Shown here: in pieces, positions 28,735 through 38,158 of the stretch | How the letters are laid out: each line of letters starts with the position of its first letter | Position numbering within the stretch: position 1 is the stretch's first letter | From: a virus | Length of the DNA: 64,000 nucleotides | IMG/VR virus record: IMGVR_UViG_3300027852_000001 | Coordinates: 1 to 64,000 of that record | Direction: 5' to 3' (one strand) | Notes under the pieces: generated by a model | The model's database searches: none | Told to the model about the DNA's origin: nothing | What the model saw: the letters and a program-made list of their open reading frames with translations, nothing else | Made by a program: the position numbers and the translations under genes

Positions 28735-28938
28735 TCACCTAGTAGTTCTATTACGTATTTGTCTATTACACGTCCCTTGTCTTGATTCTGTTTTATCTTC
28801 CTGTGAGATTGTTTCTCCTATATGGTTTTCTATTTCTTCTATGAAATGGACACATTCTGGTCCTACGAATCCTTCACCTTCTATCGAGCAATTTCCACTT
28901 TCATCTATTTCTACTATTATTGTTTTATATCTACTCAT
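28735..28938 (-). CDS. DUF2997-like small protein
   Basis: IIVEIDESGNCSIEGEGFVGPECVHFIEEIENHIG fits the DUF2997 pattern (I.i..dG.v.iev.G..G..C...t..le..lG). Confidence 0.5.
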   Translation of the reverse strand: MSRYKTIIVEIDESGNCSIEGEGFVGPECVHFIEEIENHIGETISQEDKTESRQGTCNRQIRNRTTR

Positions 28939-28943
28939 TTTTG

Positions 28944-29282
28944 CTATTCCTTGTTTGCCGGTTCTACATCTTCTTTGGTAAATTGAGTAAGATTTAATGT
29001 TGTGTTTTTAGCTATTTGTTTCTTTAGTTTTACTCTAGTAAACATATGACGATAATCGTAGTGTTCACTTATCACAACGTTATTTCCATGTTGTTCCCAT
29101 GTTATATATTCAAGATATCTGTGTTGTTTACCTGTATATTCTTGGTTTGTAAGATCGCATACTCCGTCTGTAGCCACAAATGACCCAATGATCAAACAAA
29201 TTTTTTCAATATATCCATGTTGATGAGCAATTTTTACTAAAGCCAAGTCCCCGATTCTAGCTTGTATTTTTCTTTTTATCAT
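28944..29282 (-). CDS. hypothetical protein
   Basis: 112-aa minus-strand ORF. Confidence 0.5.
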   Translation of the reverse strand: MIKRKIQARIGDLALVKIAHQHGYIEKICLIIGSFVATDGVCDLTNQEYTGKQHRYLEYITWEQHGNNVVISEHYDYRHMFTRVKLKKQIAKNTTLNLTQFTKEDVEPANKE

Positions 29283-29542
29283 AGACTTATCTCACAAAAT
29301 TTACCACCTGGTGAAAAATTTGCTATTTCCCATTCGATAGCAGATTCTCTATTTTTATTTTTGTGTAATACTTTACCAGGAATAGAAATAACTTCCCAGA
29401 CTTGTTCTATTTCGTTGAATTCTACATTAGAGGCTTTTCTGACGTTTTTTACAGATCCAACAGAGAAAAGATCTACTTCGTCTGTGTATAAACAATGTAA
29501 GTTTCCGTGTTCATCTATATCTATAGTTACCTTTTCAGCCAT
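29279..29542 (-). CDS. hypothetical protein
   Basis: 87-aa ORF with a 4-nt overlap. Confidence 0.5.
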   Translation of the reverse strand: MAEKVTIDIDEHGNLHCLYTDEVDLFSVGSVKNVRKASNVEFNEIEQVWEVISIPGKVLHKNKNRESAIEWEIANFSPGGKFCEISL

Positions 29543-29907
29543 TTTTCTGCTTCCAGTTTAGATTTATTCCAAATCTTTTTAAAGGAATCTACTGACCAAT
29601 GGAAATCTCCATTTTCTCTATATTCTTGTGCTTCCATAGTATTGAGTAAATCACCAATAATATCTTCTGCTTTTTCATTTCGGAACCACAATGAAATTGA
29701 GATAGCTCTCCATCCGGCTCTTTGGACAACTGTATCTGCTATGCAAACAGAATAATGTTCACTCAACTCACCAGCCCAGTCAGGACAATTCCATACACCT
29801 TTTGTCTCAAGTGTTATTAGATCTTGGTATACTACATCAGCTTCTTCTCTTGTGAGTATTTTGTTCTTTATTATTTGTTGTCCAATATTTGTTTTGTCTG
29901 GTTTCAT
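29527..29907 (-). CDS. hypothetical protein
   Basis: 126-aa minus-strand ORF. Confidence 0.5.
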   Translation of the reverse strand: MKPDKTNIGQQIIKNKILTREEADVVYQDLITLETKGVWNCPDWAGELSEHYSVCIADTVVQRAGWRAISISLWFRNEKAEDIIGDLLNTMEAQEYRENGDFHWSVDSFKKIWNKSKLEAEKWLKR

Positions 29908-29908
29908 A

Positions 29909-30934
29909 TTATCCGTTCCTTGGCATGGTTTCTTCTAGTGACAGTGGACTTACTATTACGTGTTTTACGTTTTCTCTTAATTCTGGTAGATTTTTTGCGC
30001 CACCAAGAGATAATCCTGCTTTAATCCCACTAGCATATTCTTTCATGACGTCAGAAGTTAACCCTTTATTTTCCACAACCATTACAACTCCTTCTGGGGC
30101 TATATCTTCTCTTTCTGAGACATCACGACTACTCATACCTCGATACATTTCTTTTCCATCAATAAGAGGAGCACAGTCGGTTCCTGCTAGCAAATATCCT
30201 ATCATACAAGCATCAGCGCCAGCCCAAAGAGATTTAACCATATCTCCACTAGTACGGATACCACCATCTGCTATTAATGAAACTTCTTTTCTCCTTCCAC
30301 CAAGTGCTTGGTAAATTTCATGAATTGCGGATAATTGTGGCATACCAAACCCAGTCACAATTCTGGTTGTACATGCAGCACCAGGACCAATACCTATTTT
30401 AATTGCATTGACTCCAGCTTCTTCGAATCTTTTTGCCGCTTCTACAGTACACACATTTCCTGCCATTATAACAAAATCGTTTTGTGATTGTATCTTTGTT
30501 ACTGTTTCTAGGGCTTTATACATCTTGTGATGATCACCATGTGCAATGTCTATACAAATTACATTGCATCCAGCATCTACAAGTGAATTTACTTTAAGTC
30601 CAATATCTCCCTGGATACCAATCGCGCACCCAACGGCTAATCGTTTTGTTGGTGGTGATAGTTCATATGCTTTTTCGATAGTTGAGACTTGATGCGATAA
30701 CTCTTCTTCGTCCCCCATACTTATGTGTCTAGATAAAATTCCCAAACCACCAGCATTGTTCATGGCCAGGAGCATCTTTAGTCCAGTTACTGAGTCCATT
30801 GGAGAGGAAACAATAGGTACGTCTACAGATAAACCGCCAATACTTGTTATGATACTAGGAGTTTTTCTTGAATCAAGACTTGAGTATCTAGGAACAAGAA
30901 GTATATCATTAAAACATAATTTGTTACCTGTCAT
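29909..30934 (-). CDS. guaC: GMP reductase / IMP dehydrogenase-family enzyme without CBS domains (GuaC-like)
   Basis: 341 aa. FNDILLVPR, catalytic loop GIGPGAACTTR, ADGGIRTSGDMVKSLWAGADACMIG. The size and missing CBS pair favour GuaC over GuaB. Confidence 0.75.
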   Translation of the reverse strand: MTGNKLCFNDILLVPRYSSLDSRKTPSIITSIGGLSVDVPIVSSPMDSVTGLKMLLAMNNAGGLGILSRHISMGDEEELSHQVSTIEKAYELSPPTKRLAVGCAIGIQGDIGLKVNSLVDAGCNVICIDIAHGDHHKMYKALETVTKIQSQNDFVIMAGNVCTVEAAKRFEEAGVNAIKIGIGPGAACTTRIVTGFGMPQLSAIHEIYQALGGRRKEVSLIADGGIRTSGDMVKSLWAGADACMIGYLLAGTDCAPLIDGKEMYRGMSSRDVSEREDIAPEGVVMVVENKGLTSDVMKEYASGIKAGLSLGGAKNLPELRENVKHVIVSPLSLEETMPRNG

Positions 30935-31204
30935 CTAGATACATCCTCCACAACACCCATGAGGGATAGTTTTGTTTATTTTGAATAAAGTAAATTCTTT
31001 TAGGTCATCTGGGAAATCTTCTGGCCATTCTTGAATATCCCATTCACCTTGATCTACATCTGCTTCCCAATTTTTATCAAAACTACAATGTCCACCACTT
31101 AGTAAACAATTTCCGAAAATAAATTCTTTACCATCAAGTGTTACTATTAAATTACCACTACAGAGGTTTGGATAGCTTCCGTCGTATTTAATTTGTATGT
31201 TCAT
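30935..31204 (-). CDS. hypothetical Cys-rich protein
   Basis: Start set to MNIQIKYDG, whose ATG at 31204 lies one nt after the upstream stop. Ends in CCGGCI. Confidence 0.45.
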   Translation of the reverse strand: MNIQIKYDGSYPNLCSGNLIVTLDGKEFIFGNCLLSGGHCSFDKNWEADVDQGEWDIQEWPEDFPDDLKEFTLFKINKTIPHGCCGGCI

Positions 31205-31205
31205 A

Positions 31206-31412
31206 TTATTCTTCTGGCCCCCATGTACCGGAATGTATAATCTTACCATCTCTGACGACACGAACATACCCACTTCCGTCTGCTTCTACATGAGCAGTTG
31301 AGAATGTTCTCCAGGTATTGGCTTCTGCTGTTGCAGAATCACTACCGAGACGGTGAGTTTCTTTACATCGAGAAGAATCTTGACCAAATGCTTTTGCTAT
31401 TGTGTTTGCCAT
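31206..31412 (-). CDS. hypothetical protein
   Basis: 68-aa minus-strand ORF. Confidence 0.45.
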   Translation of the reverse strand: MANTIAKAFGQDSSRCKETHRLGSDSATAEANTWRTFSTAHVEADGSGYVRVVRDGKIIHSGTWGPEE

Positions 31413-31423
31413 ATTATTTCATC

Positions 31424-31852
31424 CTATCTGTATCCAGTTATTTCTAATCTCTGTCTTCCAGTTTTAGCACACCTAGTTCTACTCACTGCTCTTCCTTGTT
31501 CTTCCATTTCTTTTAATAGTTTTCTATAAGCATAGTTACCCTTTAATTGACCGACCCATTTTTCTCCATACTTGTTTGAATCAAATTCAGAGATAATTGC
31601 TTCATAGTTCCCATCTTCATTTAAGAGAAAACCGATGTCATTTGATGATCTTCCTACGTATGCTCGTCTGATTATTATATGTGCTCGTTGTTTTCTCACA
31701 TCTCCATGATATCCATATAGGCTTTGTGGTATGTCAGATACTTCTATTTGTTCTAATAGCCAATTTCCTGTTTCGATTAGTGCTTGTATTAATGCATCCT
31801 TATCTCTGAATTGTGTTTTTACTACACAGTATCTACTCATGGTATAGTCCAA
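31424..31852 (-). CDS. DUF1257 (Ycf35-like) protein
   Basis: MSRYCVVKTQFRDKDALIQAL...YGYHGDVR.QRAHIIIRR...NDIGF resembles the DUF1257 family. Confidence 0.5.
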   Translation of the reverse strand: MDYTMSRYCVVKTQFRDKDALIQALIETGNWLLEQIEVSDIPQSLYGYHGDVRKQRAHIIIRRAYVGRSSNDIGFLLNEDGNYEAIISEFDSNKYGEKWVGQLKGNYAYRKLLKEMEEQGRAVSRTRCAKTGRQRLEITGYR

Positions 31853-31859
31853 TCAATTA

Positions 31860-32843
31860 TTATAGAATTACTCTACGCTTAAGTTCTCCAACAAATCCAC
31901 CCGACTTATCTGTGTCTTCCATTGCTTTTTCTCTTATTTTGTTTAATGTGGAAGTAACACTTTCTTTAACTCTACTGGAATCAAAATCTGACGGTTTTAC
32001 GCTACTATCCAGGAAGGTTGAAGTAAACTCAGCCAACATGTCTTCAATATCACTATCATTGAAAATATTCATGTTTCTGAATTTGTTTACGTATTTACGG
32101 AAATGTGATATTGAGTTTGGCGTTAATCTCTTAACCTTATCTTCATCTTCAAATATATTGCCATTGATCCTTGCTGAAATTAATTCGCAAAATCTTACCG
32201 TTTCATGTCTCATAGCTGAGACGTATTCAGACACAAAAGAACCAACCTCTTCTCTCATTTTACTTCGTAATTCTAAATTTTTCTCCTTGTCTTTTTCATA
32301 TTGGTCTGCGACTTCTTGGGCATTAACTTTTTCTATGTCTGATATACCAGAGATACGGAAAGTAAACCATTCAAATCTAAACTTACTTCTTAATTCTTGA
32401 CGACTAGATGGATAATGATTTTTTAGACATTTGTCCCAAAACTCTGGGTGTGTATTTTTAATTTCCTCTTGCATTTCTCCAAATCTTGAAACAAAACTAC
32501 TTACTCTTTCATAGTATTCTTCCTTTAGAGCTTGTAGTTGTGCTTCCACAGTCCCTACCATATTCTTTGGAACAAAATGTGCGCTTGTAATACCAAAAGG
32601 AACAGACCATCTCTCCAGTGTTTTTCTTCCTTTTTGTTCAATTTGTCCAAGTAGCTGTATCTCCCTTTTTGGGACCATCAACTTTCTTCCAAAATTTACT
32701 AATTCTGTTGGAATCTTTGTTGTATCTAAATCCATTCGTTCCATATCAGCAGCTGTGACCATTTTTCGACCACTCCAGCTACTAACTCTTAAATTTACTA
32801 GAATTCCGACATCAAATAAATTAATTGTATCTGTTTCTGACAT
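31860..32843 (-). CDS. hypothetical protein (helical, possibly DUF3150-like)
   Basis: 327 aa. The N-terminal VNLRVSSWSGRKM pattern recalls DUF3150, but I cannot verify it. Confidence 0.5.
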   Translation of the reverse strand: MSETDTINLFDVGILVNLRVSSWSGRKMVTAADMERMDLDTTKIPTELVNFGRKLMVPKREIQLLGQIEQKGRKTLERWSVPFGITSAHFVPKNMVGTVEAQLQALKEEYYERVSSFVSRFGEMQEEIKNTHPEFWDKCLKNHYPSSRQELRSKFRFEWFTFRISGISDIEKVNAQEVADQYEKDKEKNLELRSKMREEVGSFVSEYVSAMRHETVRFCELISARINGNIFEDEDKVKRLTPNSISHFRKYVNKFRNMNIFNDSDIEDMLAEFTSTFLDSSVKPSDFDSSRVKESVTSTLNKIREKAMEDTDKSGGFVGELKRRVIL

Positions 32844-32852
32844 GATTCTGCC

Positions 32853-34424
32853 TTAATTAAGTTTAATTTTTCTCTTAGTTTCCCCGGTAGTACTCTTTAC
32901 TTTTATCTTTGAAGATTTTGCGTGTTTTTCACACCACTGCTCGATTATTTCTAGACGAGAAGATTCTGTTTCCGACAAAGGAACTATTTCATCAATAGCT
33001 TTTATTAGATATTCATGAGATAATTCTTTTTCGTCAAAGAATGCAAGCTTTAACCCAAGTTTTACTATTTGTTCTATATCTGCTCCAGTGTACCCAACAG
33101 TAGCACTTGCTAATGACTGTATATCAAAATCGCTAGCATTTCTATTTACATTTTCAATATGAATTTTGAAAATTTCAGCACGTTCGACTAAATCCGGGAG
33201 ACTCAAACCAAAGATCTCATCGAACCTACCTTTGCGACAAAATTCTGGAGGAAGAGATTCAACTTGATTTGCAGTAGCTACAACATATATCGGTGATTTT
33301 TTATCACTTAACCATTTGAGGAATGTACCAAACATCCTTTTTGATGTCCCGCCATCATTGTCAGAACTTCCCCCGAAACCTTTTTCTATCTCATCTAATT
33401 GTAGGACACATGGAGACAGTCTTTCCAACATTTTAATGGATTCTTTCATTTTGGCTTCTGATTCTCCAACGAATTTATCCATTAAATCAGATACATCTAG
33501 TGAAATTAGTGGTAAATTTAATTCTGATGCTATGGCTATTGAAATTAATGTTTTTCCACAACCAGGAATACCAACAAGCATTATACCTTTTGGAAATTCT
33601 ATTCCAAATTCTCTGGCTTGTTCCGTAAAACATGGCTTATCTAGGGATACGTGTTTTTTAATAGCACCATATCCACCAACAGTTGATAAACCTCCATCTG
33701 GTGGTTCCTTATATGTTAGGAGACCAGATGCTTTGACGACCGATGCTTTTTCTCTTCCTATTGTTTTCACAGCATTTTCGTCTAGGTCTTTATGTCTACT
33801 TAAAGCTAAGGCCACTCTATCAACAATTTGCTGTGACGTCATTCCAGTACATGCGCCGATTAGGTGCGGCATCATTGTTGTATCTGGTTCGAATTTTTCG
33901 CCATCCATTCCTATAACGTCACTAGTAGCAAATCTAATTCTTTCTTCAATTTGTTCTTTATTCGGGAGATCAAAATCTAAAACAGTTATGTCATGAAGTA
34001 GTTTTTTCGGGATAATTAATCCTGGTCCAACAAAAATTATTGTTTTGTTTAAAGATGCAACTATTTGTTTTAGTTTATCTAATACGCTTATGACTATATC
34101 TGAAGTTGGATAAGTTTCGTGTTTCAGATATTCTCCAAAATCTTTGAGTATAAAAATTGCATCTTCTTCAAAATCTAAGATTGCTTTTAGGTGATCTTCT
34201 ACAGGAGCCTTATCTTTAACTTTACTTGATGGATTTTCATTTTCATCAACCCATCCAAAAGCAACAGACCAAATAAAAGTTTTTCTTTCTATTGCTTTTG
34301 CAGCGTTAGACAGTTCTGTTATAGCTCTGTCTTTTTCGAATGTGTCTACGCTTAATATTGCATGTCCAGAACACACGTATTCTTGTATTTTTTTGGAAAA
34401 TTCGCTCATAATAGTATATTTCAC
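32853..34424 (-). CDS. AAA+ ATPase, classical clade (Ycf46-like)
   Basis: C-terminal AAA module GIMLVGIPGCGKTLISIAIASE (Walker A), VLQLDEIEK (Walker B), TANQVESLPPEFCRKGRFD. 523 aa, like Ycf46. Confidence 0.75.
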   Translation of the reverse strand: MKYTIMSEFSKKIQEYVCSGHAILSVDTFEKDRAITELSNAAKAIERKTFIWSVAFGWVDENENPSSKVKDKAPVEDHLKAILDFEEDAIFILKDFGEYLKHETYPTSDIVISVLDKLKQIVASLNKTIIFVGPGLIIPKKLLHDITVLDFDLPNKEQIEERIRFATSDVIGMDGEKFEPDTTMMPHLIGACTGMTSQQIVDRVALALSRHKDLDENAVKTIGREKASVVKASGLLTYKEPPDGGLSTVGGYGAIKKHVSLDKPCFTEQAREFGIEFPKGIMLVGIPGCGKTLISIAIASELNLPLISLDVSDLMDKFVGESEAKMKESIKMLERLSPCVLQLDEIEKGFGGSSDNDGGTSKRMFGTFLKWLSDKKSPIYVVATANQVESLPPEFCRKGRFDEIFGLSLPDLVERAEIFKIHIENVNRNASDFDIQSLASATVGYTGADIEQIVKLGLKLAFFDEKELSHEYLIKAIDEIVPLSETESSRLEIIEQWCEKHAKSSKIKVKSTTGETKRKIKLN

Positions 34425-34433
34425 CTATGATAA

Positions 34434-34625
34434 TTATTTTGAAGTTTTTCTTTGGGAAACTATTGATGTTTTTTTATTTCTGATTAGTCCTATTTTTTTA
34501 AGAAGTTTTGTTTCTTCTGTTATATTTGCTTGACACAAAAGACACCAATGTTCGTAGCATATATTTTTCCCAATATATCCCATTATTGCATATTGTCTGC
34601 ATTTAGGGAAGTCGCATTCATCCAT
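34434..34625 (-). CDS. hypothetical zinc-binding small protein
   Basis: Start moved to MDECDFPKC (ATG two nt after the upstream stop). Has C/H-rich CYEHWCLLC. Confidence 0.45.
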   Translation of the reverse strand: MDECDFPKCRQYAIMGYIGKNICYEHWCLLCQANITEETKLLKKIGLIRNKKTSIVSQRKTSK

Positions 34626-34627
34626 AA

Positions 34628-34903
34628 TTAATACCTGACGATAATATGTTGGTCTATAGAGTCTGGTTGTACTTGGTCTTCGTATTGAACATCTCCACAA
34701 TCAGATAAAACTTGGCCTAATCGTTTGACAATATCAGATCCTTTGATCGTTTTTGGACATCTTTGGAGTTGCCTAGCCAATGGTCCCAAAATTCCTTTGT
34801 GAACTTCTAATGTTGTCATTCCAGTTGTTGTGTCTACCTTTAATATATTAAAAGCATTATTATCGTTATTTGACAATTTATTCTGTCTCCATATTTGGTC
34901 CAT
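34628..34903 (-). CDS. hypothetical protein
   Basis: Start moved to MDQIWRQ (ATG at 34903). Confidence 0.45.
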   Translation of the reverse strand: MDQIWRQNKLSNNDNNAFNILKVDTTTGMTTLEVHKGILGPLARQLQRCPKTIKGSDIVKRLGQVLSDCGDVQYEDQVQPDSIDQHIIVRY

Positions 34904-35045
34904 GAATGAATTCAAGTTCATCGGCAAAATATTCACCGTGGTTTCCATTGTTCCACATAACACTGATTACTGCCATGTTGTTGTAGAAATCTATAGATGA
35001 GATTGTTCCACGACCACAGTATTTGTGTTCTACAACTACTTCCAT
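34878..35045 (-). CDS. hypothetical small protein (not in the ORF track, 55 aa)
   Basis: Hand translation: MEVVVEHKYCGRGTISSIDFYNNMAVISVMWNNGNHGEYFADELEFIHGPNMETE. It fills an otherwise empty gap. Confidence 0.4.
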   Translation of the reverse strand: MEVVVEHKYCGRGTISSIDFYNNMAVISVMWNNGNHGEYFADELEFIHGPNMETE

Positions 35046-35086
35046 AATTATTTGTCCATTTGTGTATATATATACTAGGAGGTTAT

Positions 35087-35341
35087 ATGAAAATTTTATT
35101 AACTAAGATAACGCTGTCTTTACTTATTTGTCTATTTTCTACTGGATGTCTTGTTAGGACATCAGGTGGTGGTAGTTGGGAGTTATATGTTGGAGTTAGA
35201 ACCCAACAAACAGGAGAACTACCGGCAGAAGTAGAGGTTGAATCAAAAATGTTGGATTTCTTGACGGAAGATGGTACGACATCAGAGAAAATAGCATCGA
35301 TAATTAAAGGACTTATTTGGGCCGCTGGATATTTTCTTTAA
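35087..35341 (+). CDS. lipoprotein (the only convincing plus-strand gene)
   Basis: Strong SD AGGAGG six nt before the ATG. MKILLTKITLSLLICLFSTGC carries the lipobox STGC. Its 3' end overlaps the convergent minus-strand gene by 4 nt. Confidence 0.7.
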   Translation: MKILLTKITLSLLICLFSTGCLVRTSGGGSWELYVGVRTQQTGELPAEVEVESKMLDFLTEDGTTSEKIASIIKGLIWAAGYFL

Positions 35342-35550
35342 TTATATCTGTTGGTTATTAACAACCATTGTTCGTAGTCGTGGACATAAATTCCAGATTT
35401 ACCACTTTTTGTTAATATTCCTGTTTGACCATCAAACCATCTAATGAAATATTCTACTTCTCCTTCAGGATGATGTTCTTTTATTAGATCAATTGTTACA
35501 AATACAACTCCGTCTTCTGTTAGATATTTTTCTTTTGGTATTCTATTCAT
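35338..35550 (-). CDS. hypothetical protein
   Basis: 70-aa minus-strand ORF. Confidence 0.5.
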   Translation of the reverse strand: MNRIPKEKYLTEDGVVFVTIDLIKEHHPEGEVEYFIRWFDGQTGILTKSGKSGIYVHDYEQWLLITNRYN

Positions 35551-35756
35551 TAGAGTCTTTCCGACATACTCTTTATTTCACTAAGCTTGACAACTTCGAT
35601 CTTACTTGAAGGTACTTGTTCTCCAGTTCCTTTATTCTTCTTTGATCCAACAAAGAATTTTACTGTAATACTATTTCCTCCAAGATCTACTATTTCGCAA
35701 GGACAATAAGTTGCATCTTCTGTAATTAAGACTACGGTGCTTCCCTTTTCAATCAT
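35550..35756 (-). CDS. hypothetical protein
   Basis: 68-aa ORF with a 1-nt overlap with the downstream start. Confidence 0.5.
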   Translation of the reverse strand: MIEKGSTVVLITEDATYCPCEIVDLGGNSITVKFFVGSKKNKGTGEQVPSSKIEVVKLSEIKSMSERL

Positions 35757-35758
35757 TT

Positions 35759-35917
35759 CTAACCCCTAATTTGTGTTTGTAATTCTTCCTTAGTTACCTG
35801 TAAATCAAACATTAGATATTGTATAGCTATTCTTAGTGTAGCAAAATCTACCTTACCAGTGACATCATATTCGTCTAGCATAGATACGATGCAATCAAAA
35901 AATTCTTTATCAGACAT
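35759..35917 (-). CDS. hypothetical small protein (not in the ORF track, 52 aa)
   Basis: Hand translation: MSDKEFFDCIVSMLDEYDVTGKVDFATLRIAIQYLMFDLQVTKEELQTQIRG. It exactly fills the gap. Confidence 0.45.
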   Translation of the reverse strand: MSDKEFFDCIVSMLDEYDVTGKVDFATLRIAIQYLMFDLQVTKEELQTQIRG

Positions 35918-35918
35918 A

Positions 35919-36119
35919 TTATTTAAACCATTTACTTATATAGTATAGAATAGTTACAGCAAGAAAAGTTGCTGTTCCTATACCAAAAACTGTTCCTGGT
36001 ACAATCCATAATGGTAGTGTTATAATCCACCAAGACCATGTTGTAACAATTGTTTCTCCAAACCCAAGTTTCAAGAAAAACAAAATTAAAAACATAAGTG
36101 TGAAAAATCCAAATTTCAT
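35919..36119 (-). CDS. small membrane protein (2 TM)
   Basis: FFTLMFLILFFLKLGF and ITLPLWIVPGTVFGIGTATFLAVTILYY. Confidence 0.55.
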   Translation of the reverse strand: MKFGFFTLMFLILFFLKLGFGETIVTTWSWWIITLPLWIVPGTVFGIGTATFLAVTILYYISKWFK

Positions 36120-36120
36120 A

Positions 36121-36441
36121 TTATATTCTTATTAATCCTATTTTAAAACCATTTACGGTTTGTGTTGCATGAACAATATTAAAAAAGATCCATTCAAGTC
36201 CAAGCTGTGGTGCCACACTAATTTGTCTAGAACTGCATCCTTTTATTTTTGTCAAATCAACCTTACACTGAAGAGTTGCGCTATTTTCCGTAACTTCTGT
36301 AATTGTTCCTGAGATTATATCGCAAGATACGGATGGTATTAAATCTACTCTGACAAAACACTCCCTTCTATAGTTTTCTCTACGAATTTCCTCTCCATGC
36401 GGGTCTACACAATCGTTCCATATTTTTTGTAGCCAATCCAT
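36121..36441 (-). CDS. hypothetical protein (downstream of the Ubl operon)
   Basis: 106-aa minus-strand ORF. Confidence 0.5.
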   Translation of the reverse strand: MDWLQKIWNDCVDPHGEEIRRENYRRECFVRVDLIPSVSCDIISGTITEVTENSATLQCKVDLTKIKGCSSRQISVAPQLGLEWIFFNIVHATQTVNGFKIGLIRI

Positions 36442-36451
36442 TTATTACACC

Positions 36452-36688
36452 TCATAGGTATGATGCTGTTGAATTAAGAGGCATCATCTCATATTCGTCT
36501 AGCCAAGTTTTTTCACATTCTTCACATCTTACTAATTGATAGAAGCAACCAGAATCTCCAGGGACTAGACCTCCTTTTAAATCGAGTTTACCATAAGATC
36601 TACAGAACACACATCTATTTTCGTCACAATATGGGGCTCTTAGTTTTAAATCTCCCAAGACAATTCTATTGATTAATCGGAACACCAT
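36452..36688 (-). CDS. zinc-ribbon protein translationally coupled to E1
   Basis: 78 aa with CDENRCVFC...C...CEEC. Its start overlaps the E1 3' end by 23 nt. Confidence 0.55.
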   Translation of the reverse strand: MVFRLINRIVLGDLKLRAPYCDENRCVFCRSYGKLDLKGGLVPGDSGCFYQLVRCEECEKTWLDEYEMMPLNSTASYL

Positions 36689-37334
36689 GTGCTTCCATTT
36701 CGTTTGTTAGTAAATTTAGACTGACATCACAATCTACTTCGCATCCTCTTAGCCATTTTGCAAATTGTGCTACCATCATTCCTGCTGCTATACTTGAACA
36801 ATAGAATGTTGTTTTTGCAGTACATGTTCCACGGTAGGCTTCGGAAGCCTTGAATAGTGTTGTTCTGTAGTGTTCAGCTGATGCTTTGTTGAATACCGAA
36901 AGAATTCTCATATATTCAGCGCTCATTCTTCCGTCTATGAATAGATCAGATCTGTCGGATATTTTATTAAAAATTGATTCTCTTACTTCTATCTTATCAA
37001 CACAACAGAATACAACCCCACCAGGAAATAGTAATGGATTGAATCTGGAATTAGATAATGAGACATCAATAGAGCCATTGACTTTGAGACAAGATTCAGA
37101 AACTGCTCCTACTTTAGAGCATCCAAGGTCTGTTTCGTTAAACCCCTGTGCTCCTAGGTTTTCTATTTGTACCGTATCAAAGTCTATTAGCTTGATTTTC
37201 GGGACGCCTATGGTCGCAAGTTGTATAGCTACTTGTCTTCCAATAGCTCCTACTCCAATAACAGTTGCTTGAATTCTGTCTAGTGAATCTGGAGGAACCA
37301 ATTCTCTTTGTCTAATATTTCTGTTTGGTGTCAT
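36666..37334 (-). CDS. ThiF/MoeB-type E1-like adenylyltransferase
   Basis: Rossmann VIGVGAIGRQVA (GxGxxG), then KLIDFDTVQIENLGAQ (E1 D.D.V...NL..Q). The ATG at 37334 follows a GGAG SD and shares one base with the JAB TAA stop (TAATG). Confidence 0.75.
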   Translation of the reverse strand: MTPNRNIRQRELVPPDSLDRIQATVIGVGAIGRQVAIQLATIGVPKIKLIDFDTVQIENLGAQGFNETDLGCSKVGAVSESCLKVNGSIDVSLSNSRFNPLLFPGGVVFCCVDKIEVRESIFNKISDRSDLFIDGRMSAEYMRILSVFNKASAEHYRTTLFKASEAYRGTCTAKTTFYCSSIAAGMMVAQFAKWLRGCEVDCDVSLNLLTNEMEAHGVPINQ

Positions 37335-38158
37335 TATGTATTCTCCATGATCATTTCTGTGGTTATCGGATTTTTCCTTATCCAAGAATGCACTGCACTC
37401 TCTAGTAACTTACCAATTGGTTTATTGATTTTTGTAAATTTATCTTGACCAATCTGTTCTTCATAATACGTGTCCATTTCTTGGTCATATAAATTCCATC
37501 TTTCCGTGATTGGATTCCAAAATTCGACATCTCCGTCGTCATCATAGCTAATTGTTAAATCACTATAATCAAATTCATTTTGACATTGGCTTATGATGTC
37601 TGAGTCGATCCCCTCGACAAGCATTCTTTCTGGAATTACTTTTAATTTATATTCTTCTTCCCATTTTTCTTCGGAAGATCCTGGAAATTCACTATCCCAG
37701 GCAATGGCAGTTTTTAATTGTGTAATAGTTCCTGGACCTATATTAACCTTTAATCTACATGATGTTTTTCCACCCTTGGCGAGAATAAACATTATTGCCC
37801 AATTTGGGTGAGAAAAAGCATCTTTAAAATTTTTCTCATCTATAGAAGATGGGTTTGGACTATCCCCTGGGTGTGTATGTATTAGGATATTAGAACACTG
37901 CCATGGCATCAGACTATCGTCCAACATTTCATCTAAAAAATCAGCAATATCTTCTGGATCAAATTCAAATGTACATGAAGTGCATCGTGATTTTATCAAG
38001 CGGAAGTCTGTCACTAGAAGTGGGTCTTCTGTGTCGGTAATTCCATATCCTGCTACTTCTGTATCTCCATAATCCCTCATAAACAATAGTTTGCTCCAGG
38101 CATATGGAGTGAAGCGTATTTCGTTGTTGAATGAAGTCATTGGGTTAGTATTATTCAT
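37334..38158 (-). CDS. JAB/MPN (JAMM) metallopeptidase
   Basis: Full JAMM signature: E34 (DTEVAGYG) and H94-T-H96-PGDSPNP-S104-SI-D107 (HxH-x7-S-x2-D). Confidence 0.8.
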   Translation of the reverse strand: MNNTNPMTSFNNEIRFTPYAWSKLLFMRDYGDTEVAGYGITDTEDPLLVTDFRLIKSRCTSCTFEFDPEDIADFLDEMLDDSLMPWQCSNILIHTHPGDSPNPSSIDEKNFKDAFSHPNWAIMFILAKGGKTSCRLKVNIGPGTITQLKTAIAWDSEFPGSSEEKWEEEYKLKVIPERMLVEGIDSDIISQCQNEFDYSDLTISYDDDGDVEFWNPITERWNLYDQEMDTYYEEQIGQDKFTKINKPIGKLLESAVHSWIRKNPITTEMIMENT

